Assembly: GCA_039621445.1 (NCBI GenBank)
Contig: CP154954.1
Location: forward strand, 32,078,012-32,142,011
Source: Euglena gracilis
Lineage: Eukaryota
Length of the DNA: 64,000 bases
Reading direction: 5' to 3'
Shown here: in pieces, positions 50,383-62,553 of the stretch
Layout of the letters: the number at the start of each line of letters is the position of its first letter
Position numbering within the stretch: the stretch's first letter is position 1
Notes under the pieces: model-generated
Told to the model about the DNA's origin: nothing
Databases searched by the model: none
Seen by the model: the letters and a program-made list of their open reading frames with translations, nothing else
Made by a program: the position numbers and the translations under genes

Positions 50383-50779
50383 ATTGCAAAACCAATATAT
50401 TTTTATAGTGAGTTCATTAAACACATTTAATTTGCATAGGTATGTGCTGTTTAGGGTTAATCGGCAATGGAGAAGGAGCTTGATGTGACAATTGGTTCCT
50501 AATCAATTGCGGTCCTCAACCTTAAATTTTCTTGAATGGTGCCATGAAGGACGAAAAGGTCTGCAAAAGTGGGACTAAAATAAGGGGGGGTCCCAAAAAC
50601 CAAAAATTTGGGCTTTTTTTGGGTACCCCAAAAACATTTTTTTGGGTCCCCGAAAACTTTTTTTTGGGGGGTACCCAAAACCCAAAACCCAACCTTGTCT
50701 GCAAAAGAAATTCCTCCTCCAATTACTGGATTTTTTTTATCGTTTTGTGTTCCCGACGAACGGCATTCTGGTGGTGTGC

Positions 50780-53700
50780 TTTTGCGCGCACACATGTGTG
50801 TTTTCGGCTTTGTCCCCGGGTGTGCCAGAACTGCCAGCGGTGTGCGTCCTGGGTTTTTGCCGGAATGCTTTGCTTGCAGCGCGTTGGTGTGGTGTTTTTG
50901 GGCTGTTTGTTAAAGTGCAGGGAGGAAGTGCCAGGGGGTGTGGGTGTGGTGTGACCAAGCCGGCAGGAGGGACGCAGGGCTTCATTCCCTGCGGACCCTA
51001 TTTCCTCCCCCCTTGCACTTCCCTTGTCCAACAGCCCGCACTTACCTTCCGTCAGGGGACGGGTGTCTCCCACCCGGCTTATACCCGGGATCCACATAAC
51101 CAGTTGTGTGGCAAAGAACCCAGCGGAAGAAGCCCAATACTGGAAGGGCAAAATTGTAAATGCGCGCTCCAACATGTTTATGGTTATTTGCGCATTTGTG
51201 CAAATAAACATAAACATGTCCTTCAAGGATTGGGCTTTTGTACCCATGAACTGACTCCGTTGATAAACGGCGTGACAAAGGAGCTGTGAGTGCGCAGACC
51301 AACGGGCCGTCCAGTTGGTGGGTTTGCCACACTGTTTGTCAACGCACAAGCTTATGGGCGCAAATGCGCGCACAAACAAAATTACGTTTGTGCGCGCATT
51401 TGCGCAAATGCGCAAACAAACATGTTCTTCGTTTATTTACGCAAATGCGCAAATAAACACAAATACGAACGGTGTGACGGAAACACAACCGTCAATCACC
51501 ATCAGCAGACGTGGTTCATTTGCGCATTTGCACACATCACATTGTTTGTGGGCGCAAATGCCCAAATGTACTGCATGAATAAACTGCACATTTTATTATG
51601 TTTATTTGCGCATTTGCGCCCAAAAAACAACGTGAAAAGTAAACCATGGTTGGACAGGGCATTCCAAGGGCTTCATTTTTGCTCTTCGGGCGTTTCTTTT
51701 AATTCTTCTTCATTGTCGAGATGTTTTGAAAAATAAAATCGATTTTTTTGACCAACAAAAGGCCCAAAAAAACCACCTCAAAATGGCATTTTGGGCCGCA
51801 AAAGCGCTCCGGAACAATTTTTTTGCCCCCCCAAAAAAACCCCAAGAAACCCTCAAATGGCTGTCTTGGACCACAAAACCGAGCCGGAACATGTGTCGGC
51901 GGCCAGAACGGCGCATGGGGGCCATATAAGCTCTCCAGGGACACATTTGGTCTGGTATATGTTTTTTTGATATTATTTTCTACAAAAATCACTTTTTTTA
52001 CCAAAGGACTCTCTCACCCTGGCGAAACGGCAGAGTGGAAACTGGGGCGGGGTGGTGAATCCCACAGTTTGGACCCCTTATCGACTGAATAACTCTGGCC
52101 GGCCGGGGAGTCAGGGTCAAACGGAGTTGTTTCGGAAAGCCAGGATCCTTTCACTCGTGACTGAAACAACAATTTCTAGGAATGGGGCCGGGGCCATGGT
52201 GATAATCCATGGTTTGCGTCACCCACCCCCCTTTCCCTTGGTGGTGAGCTCCACTCTTACTCTGAAGAGATAAAAGCTCAGCGACCCCCTTCGGCTGGCC
52301 AAACCAGCCAGACCTTATAAATCCCAGTGTGTTTATAAGTGGAGAGTGGGTAGTTTTTCAATAATTTCTTTCCAATATTGGAAATCCTCCTCGAAATACT
52401 ACCAGAAAGTTCAGTTCGAAGCTATTTTCCCAAAGTGCAATATCCTTCCCTCCCAAATGCAGGAATCACAATGCTCATTGGGGATAAATGTTCTTGTTTA
52501 CACCGCTCGTTCTGTTGTTGGAGTTTATCTTAGGCGGCCGGATTCGCACTTAAGTTTTTTTTATGTTGATTTGCGCACTTGCTCAAATTTCCGGTTTTTT
52601 TTTGATTCTTTTTTGATTCGGCTGTATGACCCCAAGGGGTTTGAAAACACGTTGACAAGAGAGTGCAAAAAATGAACGAAATTCTGATTTTGGCAGTATG
52701 ACCCCCGGGACTTTGGTGAAAAATGGTGTTTTTGGGGTGTCCGATAATGGACTTTGTACGTCGAAACCCCTGGGACCTTCTCCAATGTAAACGAAAAAAA
52801 CGCAAAAAAGCGGCAAAAGAATGGGACCTTTGCTGCCCTTGTTGCTTCTTTCGGCTGTGTCCCCGGCTGTGCCCGACCTGCCGGGTGTGCGTCCTGGGTT
52901 TTTGCTTTGCTTGCGGTGCCTTAGTGTGGTGTTTTTGGCATGTTTGTTAAAGTGCGGGGAGGAAGTGCTGGGGTGTGTGGGTGTGGTGTGACCAAGCCGG
53001 CGGGAAGGACGTAGGGAAAGGGAAGGAAAGTGTAGGGTGTTTGGCAAGGGAAGCGCAGAGGGGAAGAAATAGGGTCCACAGGGAATGAAGGGGACGGGTG
53101 TCTCCCACCCCACTTATATTCGGCATCTGTACAACCAGTTGTGTGACAAAGAACCCAGCGGAAGAAGCCCAACCCTTGAAGGACAAAATTGTGTTTTTTT
53201 GTGCAAATGCGCGTACCAATGCTTATGTTTATTTGCGCATTTGCGCAAATAAACATAAACATGTCCTTCGAGGATTGGGCTTTAGTAAACCCCCCCCTAA
53301 TAAGTGCGCAGTGCCCTAATTGTGCGCAGTGCCCTAATAAGTGCGCACCCCCCAAGGGTCCGAAACTACCTCCCTAAAAAGTGCGCACCCCCCCCCAAAG
53401 GAGAAATCACTGTCATATATCAGGTCGGAAAGCACACACAATTCTCAGAACTGTCCTTCTCAGACCAAATATTTCTATCGTCCAGGCCCATATTTGACAC
53501 ATTTGACACGTAATCTTAGGGCAAAGCCAAAAATACTGACATTACCCCCACTCTTTATCAATTTTCCACCCAATTTTGTGTTTCAAGCTATGAGTCAAGT
53601 GAAAAAGTGCGCACTGCCCTAATAAGTGCGCACCCCGTGCGGTCCGAAACTACGTCCTTAAAATGCGCGCACCCGTGCACTTATTAGGGGGGGGGGTTTA

Positions 53701-54050
53701 CCCATGAACTGAGCCGTCCAGTTGGTGGGTTTGTCACACTGTTTGTCGACGCGCAAGCTTATAGGTGCAAATGCGCGCACAAACCATTTGCGCAAATGCA
53801 TACATAAACATGTTCTTTGTTTGTGCGTGCAAATGCGCAAATAAAAACAAAGAAGAACGGTGTGACGGAAACACAACCGTCAAACACCAGCAGCAGATGT
53901 GGTTCATTTGCGCAAATGCGCGCATCACATTGTTTGTGGACGCAAATGCGCAAATGTACTGCATGAAGAAACTGCACAATTTATTATGTTTATTTGCGCA
54001 TTTGCGCCCAAAAAACAACGTGATGCGCGCAAATGCGCAAATGAACAACC
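50780..54050 (+). repeat. Direct repeat pair (~50780-51635 and ~52840-54025) rich in GCGCATTTGCGCAAAT motifs
   Basis: Colinear similarity once the MITE at 53288-53698 is removed; the same motif cluster occurs at 48170-48640. Confidence 0.85.
53288..53698. mobile_element. TA-flanked MITE with AAC8-TAATAAGTGC termini
   Basis: TIR AACCCCCCCCTAATAAGTGC / GCACTTATTAG(n)TT; TA duplicated; empty site TTTTG-TA-CCCATG at ~51241. Confidence 0.9.
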
Positions 54051-54069
54051 AATGAAGGAGCAAAAATCG

Positions 54070-54850
54070 ATTTAATTTGGCCCTCCAACAAATACCGTGA
54101 GTGGCTTCTGAATGGGTTGAAAGCAAACCCAAATGGCCACACCGTCTCCTCCGGCACGTGGTGTTATGGTGCCATTTTTGGACCATTGACAGGTCCCACA
54201 AAAGATGGGGACAGAGGACCTCCTGAAGGTGGGTGCGCAGCCACCCAGTAACGGTACACGTCCACCGGCACCAATTTTGGGTCCCAAAGGCCCTGCCGCT
54301 GGTCCGCGGCCTCGGCTCCGCTGCTGCAGCTACATCGGCTGCCGATGCTTCAGCACCCACCAGACCGGCATCCACCTCCCCGGTGCAACAGCACCCACCG
54401 AAGCGGCCATGTTACACCCCGCAACCGGGGTATAAGGCTGGGGGGGAAAACGTGGTGCCAGTGCATGGCAACCAGCAGCCGGAGAAAGGTTGCCCTCAAA
54501 CACCCGTTATTTTGGTTGCAAGGAAGTGTTGAAGCTTTACCACTGCATTGGGTGCATCAAAGCAGTGGGACTCACTCCGCCCAAATTATGCACAAAAACT
54601 GGTGCGTTTTAAGTTTTTCAAGGGGAAAACGGTGGAGAATAACCATAAAACGGACTACGGCCTGGCACATCCCGGGTATTTCAGGTGCCAAATGTCTTCC
54701 TGCAACGCAGTACTGTTGCAGAAAAGGTGTCGAACAGTCACAGGTCGTTTGCACGTCATCAATTCATGACGTTTAACTGCCAAACAGATGACGCCAAAGG
54801 AACAGGCCGTGCGGGCCTTGGAGTCATCCATCACCGGGCGCTGCATGGGT
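54070..54850 (-). pseudogene. Possible piggyBac-like transposase C-terminal remnant
   Basis: Fragments across frames: RPVTVRHLFCNSTAL, FPLEKLKTHQF, DAPNAVVKLQHF, FLRLLVAMHW, and a Cys-rich tail RRSSVPIFCGTC...WVCFQPI. Weak similarity judged by eye. Confidence 0.3.
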
Positions 54851-54906
54851 TCAACGGCAGTGGCTGAGGGCCATCACCGTGATTCCCGCGCCCGCGCCCG
54901 CCGAGG

Positions 54907-55044
54907 TCAGGTCGGTGGGCCCTCCGTTGCCCGGACGTGGGGTGGCGACCGAGCGCGGGGCGGCTGCATCCAGGCGGACAGGGTGGACTGCCTTTTCAGG
55001 GGCCGGGGATCCACCGGAGGAGGGGCGGGGCGCCGTGCCCGGCT

Positions 55045-55077
<33 letters not shown>

Positions 55078-58000
55078 CGCGGCTGTGCTGGCGTGACGGC
55101 CGGCGATGGGGAGCTGGTTGTGCCTGGGATGGGGTTAGGCGGGGTCGGCGGGGTCCTGGGGGCAGGCGTGGGCTGCGTAGCTGGGGCTGGCGTGGGCGGA
55201 TGCCCGGGGGGCGAGGAGGAAGTGGCTGTAAGAGGTGGGCCTGCTGGGGGAGGTTGTGACAAACAGGATGTGGCGGCATCCACCGAGGCAACCGGTGTCA
55301 CCAAGAGGGAAGGGTCCAGCAGGGAACGGAGGTAGGACTGCCATCGGGCGACGAAGGCGGTGTACCACACCGCGCCAGGAGCAGCAAGGGGCTCCACGAT
55401 AAAGATGGATCAGCGGACGTGGTGGGAGGCAGGGAGACCACGAGCCAAGGGGAGGTGCACGTCCTTGAACTGCAGCCAGGCGAGGTCGGGCTCGTGCCGG
55501 GTGCGCTCGTGTAAGCGACGGGTGAAGCTGGAGAGCAGCTTGGCCGGGTCTGATGTCGCCGTGGCGGGGAAGGGGCAGCCGTGGTCGGTCTCCCAAAGCG
55601 GGAGGAGCGCCATGCTGCACTCGCCATGTTCTGGGGGGACGGGGCGGAGGAATCGGTGGTCCCGGATCCAGACAGCGAGGGAGGCGTCGACAGAGCCCAT
55701 CGAGATGTGGAGGGCGGTTGCGGGGTGCGCAGCCTCCTGGGCGCGAGCAGAGCGGAGCCAGCCGTCGGCGTCCAAGGCCGCACGGGGGGCACGATTGTAG
55801 TGCCAGGTGCCCTGCCGCTGCATGCGCTCGAGGGGAGGGGAGAGGTGGGCACCCTCGTGGATGAGGTTGCCGAGGACGTGGGCCAGGGCGGTGGCACGGG
55901 CCTGGCACGGGGTGCCGGGGGGGAGGCAGTGAAGGGTTCGCCTGTGACGGACTCGAAAATGACGAGGAAGGCGCTGCATCCGGCGGATGCTGGGCAGACG
56001 ACCATGTCCTCGGCAGACGGAGGAGCCGTGCGTGGAGCCACATGCGTCGGCTTCTCCGTGGGGCGGGATGGGTGCCGATGTTGGTGGGGGGGGCGGGGCC
56101 TCACAGCGAGCCACCTCGAGGCGGCGGAGGTCTGGTATGGAGAGTTGGCGTTCTGGCGGTAGCGGGCAGGGGCGACGGAGACGCGGCGGGCTGTGGTCAG
56201 AGGAGGAGCCGTGGGATCTCCAGCGGGGCCGCTGGGGGGCAGCAGCAGGGTGTAGCGGCGGCTCAGTAGCTCAGCTAGCCGCTCGGCCAGGGCTGCATGG
56301 AGGCGGCGGAGGAAGCGGAGGGCGTCGGCGGGGGACGTCGGGTGGTGCTCGAGGATTGTCGCTGGGATCAGGGCGGCGGTGAGAGGGAGATGATGCTCCG
56401 CTATCCAGGGAGTTGGCGGCGGGGGGATGGAGAGGGAGCAGCGGTTGGCGGAGGACAGACACAGCTCCGGGAGGCCTCGGGCCAGTCCGCTGAGCCTGTG
56501 GCGGGGCAGCCAGCCAGCAAGTGGCGGTCGTCCTCTTCCGTCTCTCCGCAGCACGGGCACGTGGGGCCCTCCGTGAAGCCGCACTGCACGCGACGAGCTT
56601 GGGTGGCGGGCAGCTGGATCGTACGCGGGCCACCCACTTGATCACGGCGGGGGGCCACGGGGTGGTGGAAGGCGTTGGAGCGCAAGCAAGGCCGGGCAAA
56701 GATGCCGACAGACGCCATCCAGTCGAAGGTCATGTCCCGCGGGAAGAGCAACTCGAGGCGGGGGCGGGATCCTGGGGGGCCCACGCACGGCGCTGGCGGA
56801 GCCACCAAGTGAGGGGGAACCGCTCCTCGATGTCCAGGACCGTGGTGCCCATGGCGTCGAGCAGCTCCACCGCATTGTGACACGCGGCAGGGGGGTCCCA
56901 GGTGGGGAGACCGGGGGAACACGCTGCTTGTTTCGCCAGGGAGTCGGCCATGTCGTTGCCTACGGCAAGGGGGTGGCGGGTGGAGAGGGCCGCGTCGTCG
57001 TGTGCCTTGACCTTCCGCAGGGCCGGTGGGCACGGGGATGAGTGGGCGAGGGCAAGGACGTGGCGGACCTCGAGCCGGTCCGGACAGCGGAGGACGGCGG
57101 ACGGAGAACGGAGTCCCCATCGGCGGAGGAGTTGGAGGGAGCACAGCGAATCCGTGAATACCTCTGGGGGACAGGGCGGAGCCGAGGGCGGCGAGCTCGC
57201 AGTGTGTACTGCTGCGCCGGGAGGGATCGGCGATGAGGCGCGACGTCTCCGTGTCCGGGCACCAGACGGCCGCACCACGATGGGAGCCAAGGGAGCCATC
57301 TGTGAAGGCTGCATCTGGAAGGGGAAAGCGGTTGGCGGGGGCGGGGCAGATCTCTCCGGGATAGGAGCTCTCGGGGGTGAGATGAGGCCAGGCAGAGGCC
57401 AGGGTGGAGGCGGGATTGCGTCGCAGCGTCCGGCCGAGGGCCGTCAGGGCGGACTGCAGGGCGGGGGAGGGCTCACGCCACTTTGAGGCGGGGCAGGCGA
57501 CGGCGCGGTGGATGGTCCCGACCAGGGAGGGGGAGTTGGCAAGGAGCTACAGCCACCGTAGCTGCAGGAGGCGGACCTCGGCGATGGGCTCGCGGACCGC
57601 GGAAGCGCCCAGGGGCAGACCCATGGCGATGTCCGGGCTGCGCCAGAGGTTGAGCTGTAGGGGAGGCTTGTGGAGCAGGCATTTGCCGGCTGCGGCCAGG
57701 GGGGCGAGGTCGGAGGGTAGCACATGTCGAAGTTGGCAGCCGTACAGCGCCTTGGGCAACACAGCGGTGCGCCAGAGGGTGCAGCATACTGCGGCGGGGA
57801 GCGGCAGAGAGCGGAGGCGGTTGGCGGCGGCGATGGCGCTGCGGATGCGCGGGCCGAAGTGGGTGGGGGAGGCGGCCGGTTCGGGGAGGCCCAGCTCGAT
57901 GCCCACGAAGCGGAAGTTCGGGGACGAGCAGAAAGTAGAGGTACCGACGGTGATGGAGTGGCCGGACCCCAAGGAGGACCACAGCTGCAACTTGGTGATC

Positions 58001-60292
58001 CGTAAGCTGAGCAGGGAGCACCAGCGGAGGTAGGCGCCCCACGAGACGGCAGTGGCGTCGCGCCCCACGAGGACGAGATCGTTGGCGAAGTTGAGGACGC
58101 GATGTGGACACCCGCTACGGTGAGGCCGCAACCGGAGGAGGCCGCCCAGCAGTGGAACGCCTCAAAGAGGAGGTTGAGGAGGTCCGGGCTGGCCAGGCAG
58201 CCCTGGGCCAGGCCGTTGGTGGCCGACCACGGGGCACCATCTACGCAGCCGTAGCGGAAGCGACGCCGCAGCGAGTGGTAGAAAGCCTCGAAGCAGTCCA
58301 CGGTGGCTGCAGGGACCCCCACATGACGCAGGGTGCCGAAGACGGCCCACCACGGGAGGGAGTAGAAGCACTTCACCACGTCGAAAGAGGCGAACCACAA
58401 TTCTGAACCCGCGGCGGCTGGTGAATGCGCGAGGTCCGAGAGCATTTGGGCAGCATGCAGAGTGCTGCGCTAGGAACGAAAGCCGAAGACGGCGTCGCTG
58501 AGCAGGAAGTTCTGGAGCACGGGACCCCACAGCATGGTGGTGCCCTTCGATCAGACGCGGTACACCGCCTCCAGGACGGTGATCGGGCGCTGATCTTGGG
58601 GACGTGCACCTCCGGCCGATTTGGGGATCATGGCCACGTAGGCGTTCAGCCATTCCGACGGCCACCGGCGTTCTTGCTCCACGAGGTTAAGCAGCCGGGC
58701 GAGGGCGGCAAACCACAGCGGTGGCATGGACTTCGAGGGGTACACGGGACATGCCAGGGGCGGCGGCGTCACGCATGCTGCGGAGGGCTGACCAGGGGGC
58801 CGACGGCCATGAGGCGGAGGGGATGTAGGCAGCAAACCCCGAAGACACAAAGGGTGCCCACTGCTCCGCAGGGCAATGGCTGGCGTGCTGCCGCAGGACG
58901 TCGTTGACCCAGAAGCACCGCACGGCGATGTCCACGTCCTGGCGGGAGAGGCATTGCTGCCCGGCGGCGTCCAGGACGGGGCGGGATCCAAACGGAATGG
59001 ACTCCGCCTTCAGCCAACGGAAGATGGCGGCCGGGCGCTCGTGCCAGAGACGGGGTAAGGAGTCGTGCCACCGGGAGTTCCGCACGCGATGGAGGGCTTG
59101 TAGTTCCTGGTCCAGGGCCGAGCGGCAGGAAGCGGCTTCTGCTGCCAGAGCGCGGCGCACGGACGGCACGGAAGACCGGGGCAGCTGGATGCCGCGCAGG
59201 TGGAGGGTGTCGACGAGCTTAATTCAGGGCCAAGGCCAGGATCTGGGCGGCAACGGGGCGGAGGAGAGCATCTCCAGGCGGTGTAGAAGGGTGAGGATGC
59301 CACGGAGCCGGAGCACCTTCGGGGAGTCGTAAGCAGGCCGGCGGGCGGAGGAGCGGGTGGACCAGCCGCCAGCCAGGAGCACCAAGCGGTCCAGCGCGGT
59401 GTGGATGGCGCGGGAGAGGAAGTCCAGGGTGTGTGCGGCAGACGGGGACAGGGCAGCGGCCTCCGGGGTGGAATACCATCGGAGCAGCACGTCGGACCAG
59501 CGGAGGGCAGGGGCGGGGGAGGGAGCGTCGAGGAGGAGCGGGGGGGGGGGGGAGGGGCGAGGAGGAGGTGCCAGGGAGTGGAAGGCACCAGGTACCAAGC
59601 GGTGCGCGGGACGAGAAACCAGGAAGCGGGGCTAAGAGCGCGGAGGGAGGGGACGCAGCGGCAATAAATCACCAGCAGGAGCACGCGACGAGGGAGGGGG
59701 AAGGTGAGGAGTGCACGTAGGGGACGGAAGCGGTGGGTGCCAGTTTGTGGGGTGGGGGAGGGCGAGGGAGACGAACGCTGGGGAGTGACCACCGTCATGG
59801 AAATCCTCGTCCACCGGAGTAGTGCGAGGGCGGCGGAGTTGGCCAGGATCAGGTCAATGCGGGAGGCTGCGACGACACTGGAGGAGAGGGGCGAGCGGAA
59901 AGTCACGGGTAGGGGCTCGGGCAGCAGGGCGGCGTGGACGTCCGACCAGGGGGCGCCGGGGCCGGTCAGGTGGGAGAGCAGGTGGCGTCGGCGGCCGGAG
60001 TGGCTGCAGTAATCCCGCAATTAGGACGGAGCCGTTCCAGTCGCCGAGGAGTATGCATGTCCAAGGAGTGGGACAGCTCCTCGAAGGCGAGGTCAAAGGC
60101 AGCATGCTCCGCGGCTTGGCGGTCCAGGGGGGCATAGACGGATAGCAGGAGGAGGCCGCGGGGCAGGTGGGGGCGCGGAGCCAGGGCCTTTGCAGGCGTC
60201 CAGTGGGACATGTTCCAAGTCCCTATCCGGAGGACGGGGACCTGGGAATCCCCAGGGGGGGCAGAAGCCGCAAGCTTCGAAGGGCTAGACAT
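54907..60292 (-). pseudogene. LINE ORF2 polyprotein: AP endonuclease, reverse transcriptase, RNase H, CCHC finger, C-terminal extension
   Basis: APE: LRIGTWNMSHW, LLSVYAP, ILLGDWN, SRIDLILAN, DGGH. RT: AMIPK...RPITVL, FASFDVVKCFYSL, GLAQGCLASPDLLN, FANDLVL (decayed YADD). RNase H: FTDGS, CELAAL, FTDS, KVKAH, GNDMADSLAK. Finger: CPCCGETEEDDRHLLAGC. Stop TGA at 54909-54907. In-frame stops at likely Trp positions (YRV*, HVR*). Confidence 0.92.
55045..55077 (+). repeat. G33 homopolymer within the LINE ORF2 proline-rich tail
   Basis: Read directly; coincides with a frame change near the ORF2 C-terminus. A G21 run is at 11214-11234. Confidence 0.9.
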
Positions 60293-62412
60293 TGCGCCCG
60301 CCCTCCACCGAGGCGGCGCGCAAGAGCTTCTTGGCCGCCGGCTTCTCGGGGGTGGCCTCACCCGCATCACGGGCACGGCCACGCGCGTCATCTTCGGCGT
60401 CCCTCATGATGGTGTCCGGTGGTGGAGTGACGGGTCGCGCAACGGCCAAGGGCGGCAGGTCTTGCAGAGCGGCTGCAATCCTCTCTCTCATCCTGGCTCA
60501 GCAGGGCTGCGTCGGACAAGCGGAGAGGCGGGGGGCTGGGAGACGCATAGGGCTGTTCGAAGAGGTCCGCGCGGGGGGCGGGGCGGACAGCGGCGAGCTG
60601 GCGGCGGAGTTCTGCATTTTCACGGCGAAGCTCCAGCAGCTCCAAAGCCTGGCGATTGAGAGCCTGCCGCAGGGGATGCGGGCGGCGAGGGGCGGATTGG
60701 GGGAAAGCTGGCGGCGGGTGGGGACTGGTGCGCTGCAGGCTGCTGGCGCTGGGCGGTGCGCCTCGCGGTGCGGGAAATGGGGGCACTGGTGGCCGCAGAC
60801 CGAGGGGGCAGTGGCGACCGAGGCAGGGGGGACTGAGCCGCCGGCACGGCAGCGGGGCCGGGGGGCTGCCGGGCACCCCAGGTGGAGGACGGTGAAAGTG
60901 CGGGGCCTAGCGAGGTCTTCTTCACGGGAGTGCGTGGCGGCGGGGAAGCGGAAGAGAACACCGCGGCGCAAGAGTGACCCCATCCGCCATTGTCCAAGGA
61001 GAACTTGCGCGGCGTACCAGTAGCCAGGAAGTAGGCAGCTTGACGAAATGGCCCCGCTGCTACAAGGCGTAGCTGCAAGGGCTTCAAGCCGAGTTCGGCG
61101 ATGAGGTCAAACAACCGAAAGACGTCGGCGTCCTCCATCGGAGCCAGTCGCCACCAAGCCGCGTCCCGAACCGGCTGGTGGATGTTGACCTTCGGGTCCC
61201 CAAGGAGGAAGCGGATCTGCGCCTCCAAGTCGGACCACTCTGCGGCACCGGAGATTCGGACCGCCACGTCCTTGTCAGACGGCAAGAGGCCCGCGAAGCC
61301 ATCCACATTGTGCAGTCGCTCCCAGAGCGCCGCAGCCTCACCGTGCCGGCCTCACACCCAAAAGAGGCTGTATTTGCTGCGGTGCAGGTCCGGGGAAGTG
61401 TCCGCTGACCAGTGCGGGCGGACAAACAAGCCGCGCAGCCATCGCACTGCTTCCACCCGCGGGACGGCCAATACAGCCGTCAGACCGCCGTGAGATTCGG
61501 TCACCTGCTGCACCCATTGCGCCGGCCAACTTCTCCAGCGTGCGACGGGCCTCCTTGGCCACATGGCGTTGCCGAGTGGCCGGGGGGGCCACATATTCCA
61601 CCCACAGCAACTCAAATGGCGAGGGTTCAGGGTCAGGGAGTTGGCCACGGATCCAAGAGCCGTGGAGGGGAAGAAGCTCCGGCCCAGCCCGACGCACTCG
61701 CATGGCGACGAGGACCTTGTTCCGCGGGAGGAAAGCTGATTCCCAGCTTGGTAGTGGTAATTGCTTGGCGTCTGCCGGGACGCGGATCACCGGGGCGCGC
61801 TGGCCTACAGCGAGGACATCTACTGCGAGGGACGAATCATCAAAGAGCAGGCTCCTTGGGGGAGAAGCCGGCGAACAGCGTCTCCATCCAACTGGGCTGG
61901 GCAACGGTGCCGGTCGACAACGGCCAGGATCGAGATGACTGTCGCCGGATCCTCAAACGGGAGCTGAAGCCGCACCCGTTCCACCCACCGCTCCAGATGT
62001 GGGCGCGGGGGTATGATAAGCAGATGGGGACCACCCGGACCCCAAGGCTGCACCTCCTTGGTCTGCAAGGCGGCGGTGTCCGAGATATCCACACCGGAGA
62101 GGAAATAACCGCCCACGAGGCGCACACCGTGCAGGTCCACCACTTGGTCAGAGACCAGGTCCGGGGCCAACGCGCGCAGCCATTAAGGGTTCAACCGCGT
62201 GTCTTAGACGCGGATGGCCCCCAGCCGGCGGCACGCAATGTACCAGCAAGTTGAATGTCCCGTAGCTGTCGCGGTTCTAGTCGTACCGCCGCCGCCGGTG
62301 AGCGTCGTTGCGCGGAAGTCGAATTCCCGTGCAGCGCATGTTGTCGCCGGTTCCGGAGCCGCCGGCTGAGGGACCAGGGTGTTGAGGGAGCGGGCAGCCT
62401 AAGGGCGGCCAT
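60285..62412 (-). pseudogene. LINE ORF1 (frameshifted), with C-terminal coiled coil
   Basis: Joined track ORFs 62191-62556, 61820-62170, 61338-61904, 61352-61648, 60620-61306, 60388-60876 (LRQALNRQALELLELRRENAELRRQL heptads) and 60285-60491 (ending ...GGRNV*). The start at 62412 is inferred. Confidence 0.7.
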
Positions 62413-62553
62413 CTTGGCGGCCCGACGGAGTGGGTCAGTGGAGCTGGAACATCGGGATGCTGAGGGGGGGGCTCCGAACAATGCTGGCAGCATGAAGCTG
62501 CTTCCACACATGGGGGCTTGAGTGCGAGGCTGTGTGCCTGTGCTTTTGGCAAC

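Larger units (their letters stand above)
54870..62545 (-). mobile_element. Degenerate near full-length non-LTR retrotransposon (LINE; APE-RT-RNase H type, two ORFs)
   Basis: GC-rich 7.7-kb block whose minus-strand frames give colinear ORF1, APE, RT, RNase H and CCHC motifs, broken by frameshifts and stops. Ends are approximate; no poly(A) or TSD seen. Confidence 0.93.

Noticed and set aside
54870..62545. Active retrotransposon, or a bacterial retron or group II intron RT
   Set aside because: APE plus RNase H plus CCHC and two ORFs indicate a LINE. Stops, many frameshifts, the FAND catalytic change and the APE deletion indicate it is dead.
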